Assembly (NCBI GenBank): GCA_965243025.1
Contig: CBDETY010000003.1
Coordinates: 6,144,001 to 6,208,000, forward strand
Source of the DNA: Candidatus Latescibacterota bacterium
GTDB lineage: Bacteria; Latescibacterota; UBA2968; UBA8231
Direction of reading: 5' to 3'
Length of the DNA: 64,000 bases
A program made the position numbers and the translations under genes. Under the pieces are notes generated by a model. It searched no databases. It was not told the DNA's origin and was given only the letters and a program-made list of their open reading frames with translations. Positions 39,715 through 49,175 of this stretch are shown here, one piece after another (the stretch's first letter is position 1; each line of letters begins with the position of its first letter).

Positions 39715-42700
39715 ATGCTATTTGGACTCCTCATCGTCGCTGCTCTCGGTACGACCGTCACCCTGAGCAACCGATTCTTCTCGCCCGCCGAGCTGCAGGA
39801 CAGTTTCGAGAAGGGCCAGAAACTCTACGCTCTGGGTGATTTCGAGAAGGCGATAAAACGCTACATGTCGGTCCTGGAAACCGAGAGCAACGCCACGATC
39901 GACGTCGAACAAGTGGATGTAACCGTCGGCGAGTTCATCCTCCCGGTACGGGTGGCGGCGACCTACCAGCTCGCCAACACGTACAACAAACTCGGTCTGG
40001 AGAAGCTGCAGCGATCCAAGTTCCTTGAAACCGAAGGCAAGGAAGCGGAGTCGAGGCAGCGCTACGGGGAAGCTCGCGACGACCTGGGAAAAAGCCTGGA
40101 GTACTTCGACCGCCTTTTGACCGACCCGAATGTCGAAGAGCGTACCCGGGTGATGGCACAGTACCAGATCCTCGAGACAAACTACGAACTCGAGGATTTC
40201 GACCAGGTCATCATCGAGGCGAACAACCTGATCGAAAACTTCCCCAACAGCCTCTATGAAACCGCCGCCTACTACGATCTGGGATGGGCAAACTACGAGC
40301 AGGCGAATTACCGCGAGGCGATCGAAAACTTCGAGGAGGTCCTCACCCTGGCCCCGAGAGGCTCCCGCTCGGACCGCGCCCTTTTCCAGATCGCCGAATC
40401 GTACGGCAGCCTCGAAGATCACGACCGCGCCCTGATCTATCTCGACCGTCTGATCGACCGCTACGACTTCGACGCGATGACCGAAGAAGAGCTGATCGAG
40501 ATGACCACCCTGAAGATAAAGGGTCTGGTCGAGGAGACGGCGCGTGAGCTGGTTGCCAAGGCGCAGCTGAAAAAGGGGGATATCTTCGCGGGCAGGGGAA
40601 TGGTCGACGAAGCCCTTTCCGCATATGAAGTCGTACCCGAGCGCTACTCCGCCGAGTCAGTCCTCGTCGAGAATTCCCATTACAAGGTGGCGGAGCTGAT
40701 TCACGAAACCCGTGGTCTCGATGCCGCGATCTCATCCTACAAGTCGGCGATAACCAGCGTCGAGTCGCGGCGTTTCCAGGCGAAAACCCAGCTCACCGTG
40801 GCGAGGCTTCTGTTCGACGCAGGTCGCTACGAACAGGCTGCGGAGGAATACCGGGTCTACCTGAGTGCATACCCCGACCAGGCGGCGCGTCTGGGCTTCC
40901 AGGAAGACAAGGTGCTTCTGCGGCTGGCGAACTGTTTTCAGTTCGATGGTCAGGACAGGAAGGCGGAGGACCCGGCCGGTTCGTCCAGTTCACTCGATCA
41001 GGCGGCGTCGTACTACCGCCGTCTGCTGGAGGAATTCCCCGACAGCCCGTTGGTTCAGGACGCGGTGTTCGGACTTGGTTTCACCCACCAGCTGCAGGGC
41101 GACAATGAAGGGGCGCGACAGAATTTCGATCAGCTGGCAGTGAGACATCCAGACCACCCGGCCGCTCCCAACGCGTTGCTGCAGCTCGCCAGAATCGCGT
41201 ATGAACTCGAGGACATGGACGAAGCCAGAAGCAAGTATCTCGCCTTCCTCGAACGGTACGGTTCCTCCGACCTGGTAAACAGCGTTCACATGGAGCTCGG
41301 ACTGACATACGAACGAATCGGCGACTACCCGGCAGCTATCGCCTCTTTCAACAACATCGAGGAGAGCTGGGAGCAGTGGTCGAAGGTCCAGGTCAAGGCA
41401 GCCGAGCTCCACATGGCCAGGCAGGAGTACGACGCGGCGGAAGCGGTTCTCGCCAAGGCGATGGCTCGCGTCGAGGATCCGCACCTCAGCAGTCAACTGC
41501 ACTACATGGCGGGACGGATCAACTTCGTTCAGGGAGAGTACGTCGAGGCGATCGAAGAGCTCAGAAAAACCCTGGAGCTTTCTGCTTCTGACGACATAAT
41601 CGAAAGCGCCCTGCTCGCCAGGGGAAGCGCCCACTACGAGCTCGCCAAGGCCCGCGACGCCGCCAGCCGGACGCTTCCTGCCCGGGCTTCCTACGAGGCC
41701 TCCCTGGAGGACATGCAAGCGCTGCTCGAGCGCGACCCCGATCCCTACATCAAGGACAGTGCCTACCGCACTCTCGGGGCGAGCATGATCAGCCTCGGAA
41801 GGGTGGGAGAAGCGGCCCAGTACTACGATCAGCTCATTGCAGCTACCGCCGACGTGCAGGAGCAGGCGACCTTCCGCATGCTGCTCACCGAGCTGTTGTT
41901 CGAGAACCAGGATTTCCAACGCGCCAAGGACAATGCCCAGGGACTCCTCGACCTCGATTTTCAGGACGACAACGAGGCCGGCTACTATCGAAAAGAGCGC
42001 GCTTACTCGATCATCGGCAACGCCCTTCTTCAGGAAGGCCGGTACAAGGAAGCAAGTGGGGTATTCGCCGAGGGACTGCGTAAATACCCAAACTCCGGAG
42101 AGAGCGCAAACATGGCCTTTTCCGGGGCCTTTGCCCAATTCAGCGGGCAGGAATACCAGGCCGCGGCAAAGAGGTTCAAACGCTATGTCGATCGTTTTCC
42201 GAACGACCGCAACGCTGTGCACGGCCGCTACTACCTGGCCCACAGCTACCAGGCGCTGACCCGGTTCGAGCAGGCCGCAAAGGAGTTTTCCGCACTCGTC
42301 GACAAGTTTCCCGGATCGCTGTACGAGGAAGAAGCCCTCTACCTCATCGGCGAGAACTATTACAACGAACAGGATTTCGCCAATGCGGCGAAGGCCTACC
42401 TCGTCCTTTTGAAACGCTACTTCGGGGAATACAGCGACGAAGCACAGTACGCGCTGGCATGGGCGTACTTCGAGCAGGAGGAGATGGAGGAGGGGGTGTT
42501 GGCGATGGAGGAACTGGTCCGCCGGTTCCCCGATAGTGAATACGCCTCGAAAGCGCAATTCACGATTGGCGATTTCTACTACAACGTGCGCAACTACGAC
42601 CGGGCCCGCGACGCCTACACCCTTCTCGTGGAAAACTACTCCGAGTCGGAAGAGGCGGTGCGTGCCGAACGCCTCATCGGCGAACTCAGCGAGATCCAGG

Positions 42701-42981
42701 CGAGCCTCGAATACAAAGAGGTAATGAAGCTGTTCGAGGCCAAACAGTATGCGGAGGCCGTCGAGGGTTTCAGGACCATCATCAGTAAATACCCGGGGAC
42801 CTACACCGAGTTGGCCGCCTACTGCAACATGGGGCTCTCGTTCGAAATCATGAGAGAATGGTCGAAAGCGGTGGAAAACTACAACACGCTCCTGGAAAAA
42901 GGTGGAGAAGAAGCCCAGAACGCCGATGTGGTCAGCTTCGCAAAGCTGCATCGCGACTGGATCGTTGAAAACAGATTATAG
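39715..42981 (+). CDS. 1088-aa periplasmic TPR protein (BamD/YbgF-type repeats)
   Basis: N-terminal hydrophobic segment; many TPRs with ..FP.S....A.Y.(L/I)G motifs. Confidence 0.88.
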   Translation: MLFGLLIVAALGTTVTLSNRFFSPAELQDSFEKGQKLYALGDFEKAIKRYMSVLETESNATIDVEQVDVTVGEFILPVRVAATYQLANTYNKLGLEKLQRSKFLETEGKEAESRQRYGEARDDLGKSLEYFDRLLTDPNVEERTRVMAQYQILETNYELEDFDQVIIEANNLIENFPNSLYETAAYYDLGWANYEQANYREAIENFEEVLTLAPRGSRSDRALFQIAESYGSLEDHDRALIYLDRLIDRYDFDAMTEEELIEMTTLKIKGLVEETARELVAKAQLKKGDIFAGRGMVDEALSAYEVVPERYSAESVLVENSHYKVAELIHETRGLDAAISSYKSAITSVESRRFQAKTQLTVARLLFDAGRYEQAAEEYRVYLSAYPDQAARLGFQEDKVLLRLANCFQFDGQDRKAEDPAGSSSSLDQAASYYRRLLEEFPDSPLVQDAVFGLGFTHQLQGDNEGARQNFDQLAVRHPDHPAAPNALLQLARIAYELEDMDEARSKYLAFLERYGSSDLVNSVHMELGLTYERIGDYPAAIASFNNIEESWEQWSKVQVKAAELHMARQEYDAAEAVLAKAMARVEDPHLSSQLHYMAGRINFVQGEYVEAIEELRKTLELSASDDIIESALLARGSAHYELAKARDAASRTLPARASYEASLEDMQALLERDPDPYIKDSAYRTLGASMISLGRVGEAAQYYDQLIAATADVQEQATFRMLLTELLFENQDFQRAKDNAQGLLDLDFQDDNEAGYYRKERAYSIIGNALLQEGRYKEASGVFAEGLRKYPNSGESANMAFSGAFAQFSGQEYQAAAKRFKRYVDRFPNDRNAVHGRYYLAHSYQALTRFEQAAKEFSALVDKFPGSLYEEEALYLIGENYYNEQDFANAAKAYLVLLKRYFGEYSDEAQYALAWAYFEQEEMEEGVLAMEELVRRFPDSEYASKAQFTIGDFYYNVRNYDRARDAYTLLVENYSESEEAVRAERLIGELSEIQASLEYKEVMKLFEAKQYAEAVEGFRTIISKYPGTYTELAAYCNMGLSFEIMREWSKAVENYNTLLEKGGEEAQNADVVSFAKLHRDWIVENRL

Positions 42982-43041
42982 CCAACTGGGAAGTCGGCAG
43001 ATAACGACAGGCGCAAGCCTGCTACTAAGCGGAGGGATCCA

Positions 43042-43713
43042 ATGTCGCAGAATTTCTTAGTCGATTCGTTTGTCAAAGGCGGCCCGATGATGTGGCCGCT
43101 GTTGCTGTGCTCGCTCATTGCCCTGGGCGTGATCATCGACAGGTTTCTCAATCTCTTCAGAGTTCCGAGTGAAGAAGAGGCGGAGGCGGAGCTCAACGCC
43201 GCCGAGCAGGTGGTGCAAAGTGAGGGGGAACAGGCCGCTGTGGAGCATTTCAGACAGGGGAGCGGGGTTCTCAATTACGTGTTCGCAGCCGTGCTGAAGC
43301 GCTTCGACACTTTGATTCTCGAGAACCGCACCGATGTCGAGGACATGCGGCAGGAGCTGATTCTGGTGACCGAAGAGGCTGGCGTCGACTACCTTGGCCG
43401 TCTTTTGAACGCCCTGGCCACGATCGGGGTACTCGCACCCCTGATGGGACTTCTGGGTACGATCACGGGAATGATCCGGGCTTTCGACGCGATCGCGCGC
43501 GCCGGGGCCGGAGATCCGGCCGCGGTGGCCAGCGGCATTTCCGAAGCCCTGATCACCACGGCGTCCGGATTGATCGTCGCCATCCCCACCATTGTCTTTC
43601 ACCGCTTCCTTTCATCCCGCGCCGACAAGGTGTTCAAACAGGTCGAGCTTTATTGCCACGCTTTCGCCAATACCCTTCTGGTACGGCACACGTCCCAATC
43701 CAGACAGGCATGA
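43042..43713 (+). CDS. exbB: MotA/TolQ/ExbB proton channel protein
   Basis: GGPMMWPL, APLMGLLGTITGMI.AF, GISEALITTASGL.VAIP; GGAGG RBS. Confidence 0.93.
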   Translation: MSQNFLVDSFVKGGPMMWPLLLCSLIALGVIIDRFLNLFRVPSEEEAEAELNAAEQVVQSEGEQAAVEHFRQGSGVLNYVFAAVLKRFDTLILENRTDVEDMRQELILVTEEAGVDYLGRLLNALATIGVLAPLMGLLGTITGMIRAFDAIARAGAGDPAAVASGISEALITTASGLIVAIPTIVFHRFLSSRADKVFKQVELYCHAFANTLLVRHTSQSRQA

Positions 43714-43740
43714 ATCCGGGAGTCATGAGGAGGCTGCAGA

Positions 43741-44160
43741 ATGGCGAAAAAACGCCTCAGTCATAAGGAATCCCGCTTTGCAGGGGAGACGAATCCCGAC
43801 TTGACCCCCCTGATCAACTGCATGTTCCTGCTGCTGGTCTTTTTCATGGTGGCGACCACCTTCGTAAACCCCAAGGGCCTGAGCGTCGATCTGCCTGGCG
43901 GCCAGGGAGAAGAATCCCGGGCAACCAAGGACATGAACATCGTCATCGAGCAGGACGGAACGCTGACGGTCAATGGCCAATCGACGGCGAAAAACGAACT
44001 GGCGGCACGCATCAAGGAGATCATGGCGGTAGAGAACACCAAGAATGTCATCCTCGAGGCGGCTCGCTCCACAAGCCACGGTGATGTCGTCAAGGTTGTC
44101 GATATCGCCCGCGGGCAGGGGATCGAAGCGGTGGCTTTTGCCAAGGCTTCAGAAGGCTAA
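43741..44160 (+). CDS. exbD: ExbD/TolR family protein with Asn at the conserved TM Asp
   Basis: LTPLINCMFLLLVFFMVATTF, VDLP, HGDVVKVVD.AR..G. Confidence 0.9.
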   Translation: MAKKRLSHKESRFAGETNPDLTPLINCMFLLLVFFMVATTFVNPKGLSVDLPGGQGEESRATKDMNIVIEQDGTLTVNGQSTAKNELAARIKEIMAVENTKNVILEAARSTSHGDVVKVVDIARGQGIEAVAFAKASEG

Positions 44161-44181
44161 AGAAACGGAGGGGTTTACCGC

Positions 44182-44610
44182 ATGGCTGGTAGACGGTCCC
44201 TGGCGGAAGAGGCCGGAAAGGTCGAACTCAATCTCACGTCCCTGATAGATGCGGTGTTCCTGCTGCTGATTTTCTTCATGGTGACGACGGTATTCGTCAA
44301 GTCGACAGCCTTGAGAATCGAGTTGCCCGACGCGGTCAACTACGACCAGATCGAACAGGAGAAGAAACTGAATCTGCGCATCTCCTCGGAAGGAAAGCTG
44401 GAGATGAACAGCAGGCTCGTCGGCATGGGAGAGCTCGGCACGTGGATTCGACAGGAGAAGTTTCGCACCGGCTCGACAACCCTCATCATAACCGCCGACG
44501 ACAAGACTCCTCATGGGTACGTCATCGACGCAATGGAAGCTGCCGTTGGTGCCGGTGTCGAGAAAATCGATCTTGAAACAGAGGAACCCGGAAAGAGCAA
44601 GGCCGGGTAA
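44182..44610 (+). CDS. exbD: ExbD/TolR family protein
   Basis: NLTSLIDAVFLLLIFFMVTT, IELP, ITADDKTPHGYVI.AM.AA..AG. Confidence 0.92.
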   Translation: MAGRRSLAEEAGKVELNLTSLIDAVFLLLIFFMVTTVFVKSTALRIELPDAVNYDQIEQEKKLNLRISSEGKLEMNSRLVGMGELGTWIRQEKFRTGSTTLIITADDKTPHGYVIDAMEAAVGAGVEKIDLETEEPGKSKAG

Positions 44611-44643
44611 TTCGAACCAGAAACCAGGCAGGCTGCAAGGACC

Positions 44644-45414
44644 ATGACTCGAACCGCGATTAGTGGACTGGCACTGGCGGCGCTATTCGGGTGCGCCGGA
44701 CTGATCCCGAAGGACCTGAAATACACCGTCCATATGGAACCGGTGCTTCCCGAAGGCAGGCGCGACTATTTCGTGGATGTCGAAGACAGCTCCTTCGTCT
44801 TCAGCAAGGAGGGGGTGCTCGTCAAAGTCAGGCACATGACCGACGACGAGCTGGATCGCCGCTTCCCGCCGCTGTTCGACGGCCGGCACGTCAACCCCTA
44901 CACGCACAACATGAAAGACCCGGAGACCGGCTACATTCCCCCGCGGTTCACCGTTTTCGAAGTCACCGTCGTCAACCTTACGTACGCGAAGGTCGAGTTC
45001 GATCCCGCCAAGGCGGTGCTGTTGACCGACACCGGTGAAGAGCACAAGTACTACGATCCGGGACGGCAGGGAGCCGGCCCGCTCGGTGGAAACACCTTTG
45101 CGAAATACTACAAGACCGAGCTCGGGATATCCGGAAACGAAAAGGAAATCGCGTTGGAGCGCATGGGAATCGTCTACAAGACGATATACCACCGCGAACG
45201 CCCGGTCTTCAAGGGAGATCAACGGTCCGGAATGCTCGTCTTCGATCCTTTGCGCAAGGAGAACAAGGAGATCGCCCTCTCCATCTCGGACTTCGTGCTG
45301 TCTTTCGATGCGAGTGGCAATCCCGAAAGCACCGTCGACATCAGGTACGTACTGGAAGTTGACCAGGGCGTTGTGGAGCTCTCCGCGAAACAGACCGCCA
45401 TGGCTGGTGGTTAG
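44644..45414 (+). CDS. Lipoprotein (paralog B)
   Basis: Lipobox LFGC; paralog of 32665-33414. Confidence 0.8.
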   Translation: MTRTAISGLALAALFGCAGLIPKDLKYTVHMEPVLPEGRRDYFVDVEDSSFVFSKEGVLVKVRHMTDDELDRRFPPLFDGRHVNPYTHNMKDPETGYIPPRFTVFEVTVVNLTYAKVEFDPAKAVLLTDTGEEHKYYDPGRQGAGPLGGNTFAKYYKTELGISGNEKEIALERMGIVYKTIYHRERPVFKGDQRSGMLVFDPLRKENKEIALSISDFVLSFDASGNPESTVDIRYVLEVDQGVVELSAKQTAMAGG

Positions 45415-45492
45415 ACTCGAACATCCCTGAGTTTACCCATCGGCAAGCCAACCACCTTCAGGAGCTGGAACGGGATTCCAGCTCCTGATTCT

Positions 45493-47175
45493 TTGTCGGC
45501 ACTGACGAGGACGGCGGTGACCTCCTTGTTTTTCGCCTGTTCGCAGCCCCAGGATCCATCCATTCTGGCAATTGTCGCCCAATCCCCCATCACCGTTGCC
45601 GATCTGCGCGCCCTCGAACCGGACGACCCGCCGCGGGTGGATGCCGGGGAACGGTTCGAGCGTCTCCGGGAGGATTTACAGACCCTCGTCGACAGGGAAC
45701 TGCTGCTGATCGCCTCCCGGGACCAGGGTCTCGATACCGGGGAGGTGGTTGTCAGCAGGCTGGAACGCAGCGAGGAGGTGCGGCTTGCCCGTACCGCGAT
45801 GGCCGTGGCGGCTGGCGAACGCATCTCCGTTACCAGCGCGGAAATTGCGGAAGTGTACGAAGCGGGGTGGAATGAACGCCTGGAAGCTCTCGAAATATTC
45901 GTCCCGGCCGAGGCGGAAGCCGACCGGGCGGTGCAACGGCTGGAAGCCGGCGGGAGTTTTGCGGATGTAGCGGCTGAATTCGCCGTCGACCCGGTAGTCA
46001 GGGTCCCGTCCGGCGGACCCCGGAAAGCGGCTTACCTGCCATTCCAATCACCGAGAGCGTTGGTCGAAATCCTGTTCGAACTCCAACCGGGCCAAAGGAC
46101 TCCACCGATAGCAGTCGCCGGAGGGTATGTGGTGGCCAAGGTTACGGCCCGCGATACGCTTGCCCTTGAAGAGTTGGAGAACCCCTTGAGGAAGCAGTTG
46201 GAAAAGGAGAAAGCGCAGGTATTCAGAGCCCGATACCTGCGACGTCTCCGCAAGGAGATCTCCCTGCAGGAGGATTCGACGGGATTGCGCGTTGCCGTCG
46301 AGGTCCTGCGGAATGGCACGCCTGTGTCCGACCTCAACCGGGAACAGCTGGATCACCCTGTCTACAGGTCGAGCGATTTTGTTGTCGATGTCGAGGAAGC
46401 CGTGGAGGCTCTGCGCGCAAGCCGTCGTACCTGGAAATCATCGGCGACCCGGCCCGCCGTGATCCAGGCGATTCGGGATCAGATACTGACGGCACGGGTG
46501 CTGGCATGGGATGGAAGGCGCCTGGGTGCCGATCGGACAGAGGAATTCCAGGCATGGCGGAACCGGGAGCTGGAAAAACAGATGATCACCCGGCTTCGGG
46601 AGCGGCTGTTGGCTGATTCCGTCGCGGTCGCCGAGGAGGACATCCAGGCCCACTACGAAACGACGAAACACAGGTTCCGGATTCCCGCCGCGGCGCTCGT
46701 TGCCGAAATACTGGTCGTTGAACCGGATCTCGCCCATCGCCTGCGCAAACGCCTGGAGGAAGGAGAGGACATCGAGGGGCTGGCATCCCGTTTCACGATA
46801 CGAGGGGCCGACCGTATCGAGGGGGCCCGGACGAGGTTCTGGGTCTACGACCTTCAGACTCCCATTTACAGCGAGGAGTGGATGAGAGCCGTCTTCAGCA
46901 CACCACTGCATCGGGTGACAGGGCCGCTGCTCACCAAGGGAGGATACTCGGTCTTTCAGGTACTCGATCGCCGCGGTGAGGAGTATCACCCGCTCGAGCT
47001 GCCGCGGGTCCGCGAGGGGGTGACCCGCGAAGTGCGGGAAATGGAGGGGCGCCGGGTTTTCAACCAGTATGTGAAACGGTTGCGCCGCCAGTACTCATCC
47101 TCGGTGGCGGTTTACGAGGACAATCTCAGGGCCTTCGGGGGCGGCCCCGACAACGCTCTCGCTTCCTCACCCTGA
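45493..47175 (+). CDS. SurA/PrsA-like foldase with two parvulin-type PPIase domains
   Basis: Lipobox FFAC; LVDRELLL..SR.QGLD, L..G.SFA.VA.EF..D, PI....GY.V.KV, second domain EILV....A....L..GE....LA..F; TTG start. Confidence 0.75.
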   Translation: MSALTRTAVTSLFFACSQPQDPSILAIVAQSPITVADLRALEPDDPPRVDAGERFERLREDLQTLVDRELLLIASRDQGLDTGEVVVSRLERSEEVRLARTAMAVAAGERISVTSAEIAEVYEAGWNERLEALEIFVPAEAEADRAVQRLEAGGSFADVAAEFAVDPVVRVPSGGPRKAAYLPFQSPRALVEILFELQPGQRTPPIAVAGGYVVAKVTARDTLALEELENPLRKQLEKEKAQVFRARYLRRLRKEISLQEDSTGLRVAVEVLRNGTPVSDLNREQLDHPVYRSSDFVVDVEEAVEALRASRRTWKSSATRPAVIQAIRDQILTARVLAWDGRRLGADRTEEFQAWRNRELEKQMITRLRERLLADSVAVAEEDIQAHYETTKHRFRIPAAALVAEILVVEPDLAHRLRKRLEEGEDIEGLASRFTIRGADRIEGARTRFWVYDLQTPIYSEEWMRAVFSTPLHRVTGPLLTKGGYSVFQVLDRRGEEYHPLELPRVREGVTREVREMEGRRVFNQYVKRLRRQYSSSVAVYEDNLRAFGGGPDNALASSP

Positions 47176-47191
47176 CGACCGGAACAAGGCG

Positions 47192-49174
47192 ATGGCACGC
47201 GAAGCCCCGGAACGCTTCGACATCGTTCCCGAAGACGCACCGTTCGAGCCCGGGTTCAACCTCAAGACCCTGCTGGCGGCCCTTTTCGTCGGGTTCGTGA
47301 TGCTCCCGGGGGCCATTTACCTGGGGCTGGTAACCGGTCAGAGCACCGCAGGCGGCGCCGAATGGGTCACCCTGATCCTGTTCATCGAGATCACCAAACG
47401 CTCGTTCGTCAGACTGCGAACCCAAGAGATCATAATAATCTACTGGGTTGCCAGCGGACTGGTGATGATGGGAGGCAAGCTCGGAACCAGCGCCGAGCTG
47501 TTCGGCGGTCCTTTCGGCGTGCTGATCTGGGACCAGTACCTGATCCAGTCGCCGCAGGCGGACGGCCTGGCGGAATACATACCGGACTGGGTGGTTCCCC
47601 CGCGGGGATCCCGCGCCCTGCTCGAGCGCACCTTCCTCGACGGCGCCTGGATCAAACCCGTCATAGTACTCATCCTCGCCGTGGTATTGCAGCGCGTCAA
47701 CGCCTTGTCCCTCGGTTACGTGCTTTTTCGCGTGACCGGGGATGTCGAAAAGCTGCCGTTTCCCATGGCCCGCGTTCAGGCCGGGGGCGCCACCGCCCTG
47801 GCTGAAACCTCCGCGAAACAGGAGAGCTGGCGCTGGCACGTGTTCAGTACGGGCACATTCATCGGGGCTTCGTGGGGGGTTCTGTACGTCGTGGTGCCCA
47901 CTTTGTCGGGAGTATTCCTGACCGAAACCGTCTCGATCCTTCCAATCCCGTTCTTCGACTTCACGGTTACGATGAAGGCGGTCCTCCCGGCGACGGTAAT
48001 CGGCATGGCCACCGATCTCGTTCATTTCCTGATTGGCCTGGTCCTGCCCTTCTGGGTCGTGGTGGGGGCATTCTCGTCGTCCATCCTGATCAACCTGGTG
48101 GCCAATCCGATCTTGTACAGCGCCGGGGTGCTCCACACCTGGTCGCCCGGAATGTCGGCCCTGCCGACGATGATTTCGAATCTCTTCGACTTCTGGTTGA
48201 GCTTCTCGATCGGCGGAGCGATCGTGGTCGCCCTCACCGGGTTCTGGTTGGCAGGCAAGGCGATCGGCGCCGGGGGGTTGAGCGGTGCTGCCGCTTTCCG
48301 TTCCTCGACCCCGGAGGGCCGCGGCGACATGCGCATACTCAAGGCGCTGCTCATCTGGGCGGTGACCACTGCCGCCTTCGTCGTCATGGTATACGTGCTG
48401 GTTCCGGACTTTCCCGTCTGGATGACGGCATTCTTCGGGTTTGTCTGGACCCCCATCTACTCGTACATCGGGGCGCGCATGATCGGCATTACGGGCAGCC
48501 CCCAGGGGGTGACTTTTCCCTACCTGCGCGAGGGGAGCTTTTACATGTCCGGGTACCAGGGGGCGTCGATATGGTTCGCTCCGGTGCCGATCTTCCAGTG
48601 GGGCTACGAAGTCCAGGCCTTCAAGCAGCTCGACATGACCCGCACCACCTTCGGCAGCTTCGTCAAGATGACCGCGCTGGCGCTGCTGATCATGATATTC
48701 TGCAGTTTCCTGTTCTGGTCCTGGATCTGGGCCCTCGGAGAGATCCCTTCCTCCGCGTTTCCGTATGTGCAGAAGTTCTGGCCCTTCCACGCGACGATGC
48801 AGTCGTTCTGGGCCAAGTCGACGCTTCCCGGGGCGGAGGGGAGTCTGATCACCGAGATCATCCGCTGGGACTACATCGCCATCGGCGCTGCCTTCAGCGC
48901 CCTGTTCTACGCCGCGGTCAATGTTCTGAACGGCCCTGTAGGGCTATTTTACGGCTTCGTCGGGGGTTTGGGGCAGTGGCCCCATTTCGTCATCCCGAAC
49001 TTCATCGGCGCAATGGTCGGCAAATTCTATCTGCGCCGGAGATTCGGGGACCAGAGGTGGCAGGCCTACGCCCCCATCCTGCTCGCCGGGTATTCGTGCG
49101 GCGTCGGACTTATCGGCATGACGTCCATCGCCATTGCGCTGATTTCGAAAGCGGTCTCGCACGTCTCCTTCTGA
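47192..49174 (+). CDS. OPT-superfamily-like polytopic membrane protein ('peptide transporter')
   Basis: Many TM helices; MLPGAIYLGL..G, AEWVTLILF.E, EKLPFPMA.V.A.GA.ALAE, IPSSAFPY, LLAGY.CG.GL. Confidence 0.75.
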   Translation: MAREAPERFDIVPEDAPFEPGFNLKTLLAALFVGFVMLPGAIYLGLVTGQSTAGGAEWVTLILFIEITKRSFVRLRTQEIIIIYWVASGLVMMGGKLGTSAELFGGPFGVLIWDQYLIQSPQADGLAEYIPDWVVPPRGSRALLERTFLDGAWIKPVIVLILAVVLQRVNALSLGYVLFRVTGDVEKLPFPMARVQAGGATALAETSAKQESWRWHVFSTGTFIGASWGVLYVVVPTLSGVFLTETVSILPIPFFDFTVTMKAVLPATVIGMATDLVHFLIGLVLPFWVVVGAFSSSILINLVANPILYSAGVLHTWSPGMSALPTMISNLFDFWLSFSIGGAIVVALTGFWLAGKAIGAGGLSGAAAFRSSTPEGRGDMRILKALLIWAVTTAAFVVMVYVLVPDFPVWMTAFFGFVWTPIYSYIGARMIGITGSPQGVTFPYLREGSFYMSGYQGASIWFAPVPIFQWGYEVQAFKQLDMTRTTFGSFVKMTALALLIMIFCSFLFWSWIWALGEIPSSAFPYVQKFWPFHATMQSFWAKSTLPGAEGSLITEIIRWDYIAIGAAFSALFYAAVNVLNGPVGLFYGFVGGLGQWPHFVIPNFIGAMVGKFYLRRRFGDQRWQAYAPILLAGYSCGVGLIGMTSIAIALISKAVSHVSF

Positions 49175-49175
49175 G

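Noticed and set aside
39664-39717. In-frame TTG ORF with TAA 5 codons before the TPR start (possible nonsense mutation)
   Set aside because: ATG 39715 has an AAGG upstream and its own hydrophobic N-terminus; no evidence of truncation.
43042-44610. Canonical Tol-Pal or Ton operon
   Set aside because: No tolA/tolB/pal or TonB_C protein is adjacent; the cpoB-like gene is over 30 kb away in a housekeeping operon.
45412-45495. Possible TAG readthrough fusing lipoprotein B to the in-frame PPIase
   Set aside because: The PPIase has its own lipoprotein signal, and a 26-codon open spacer is expected by chance at this GC content.
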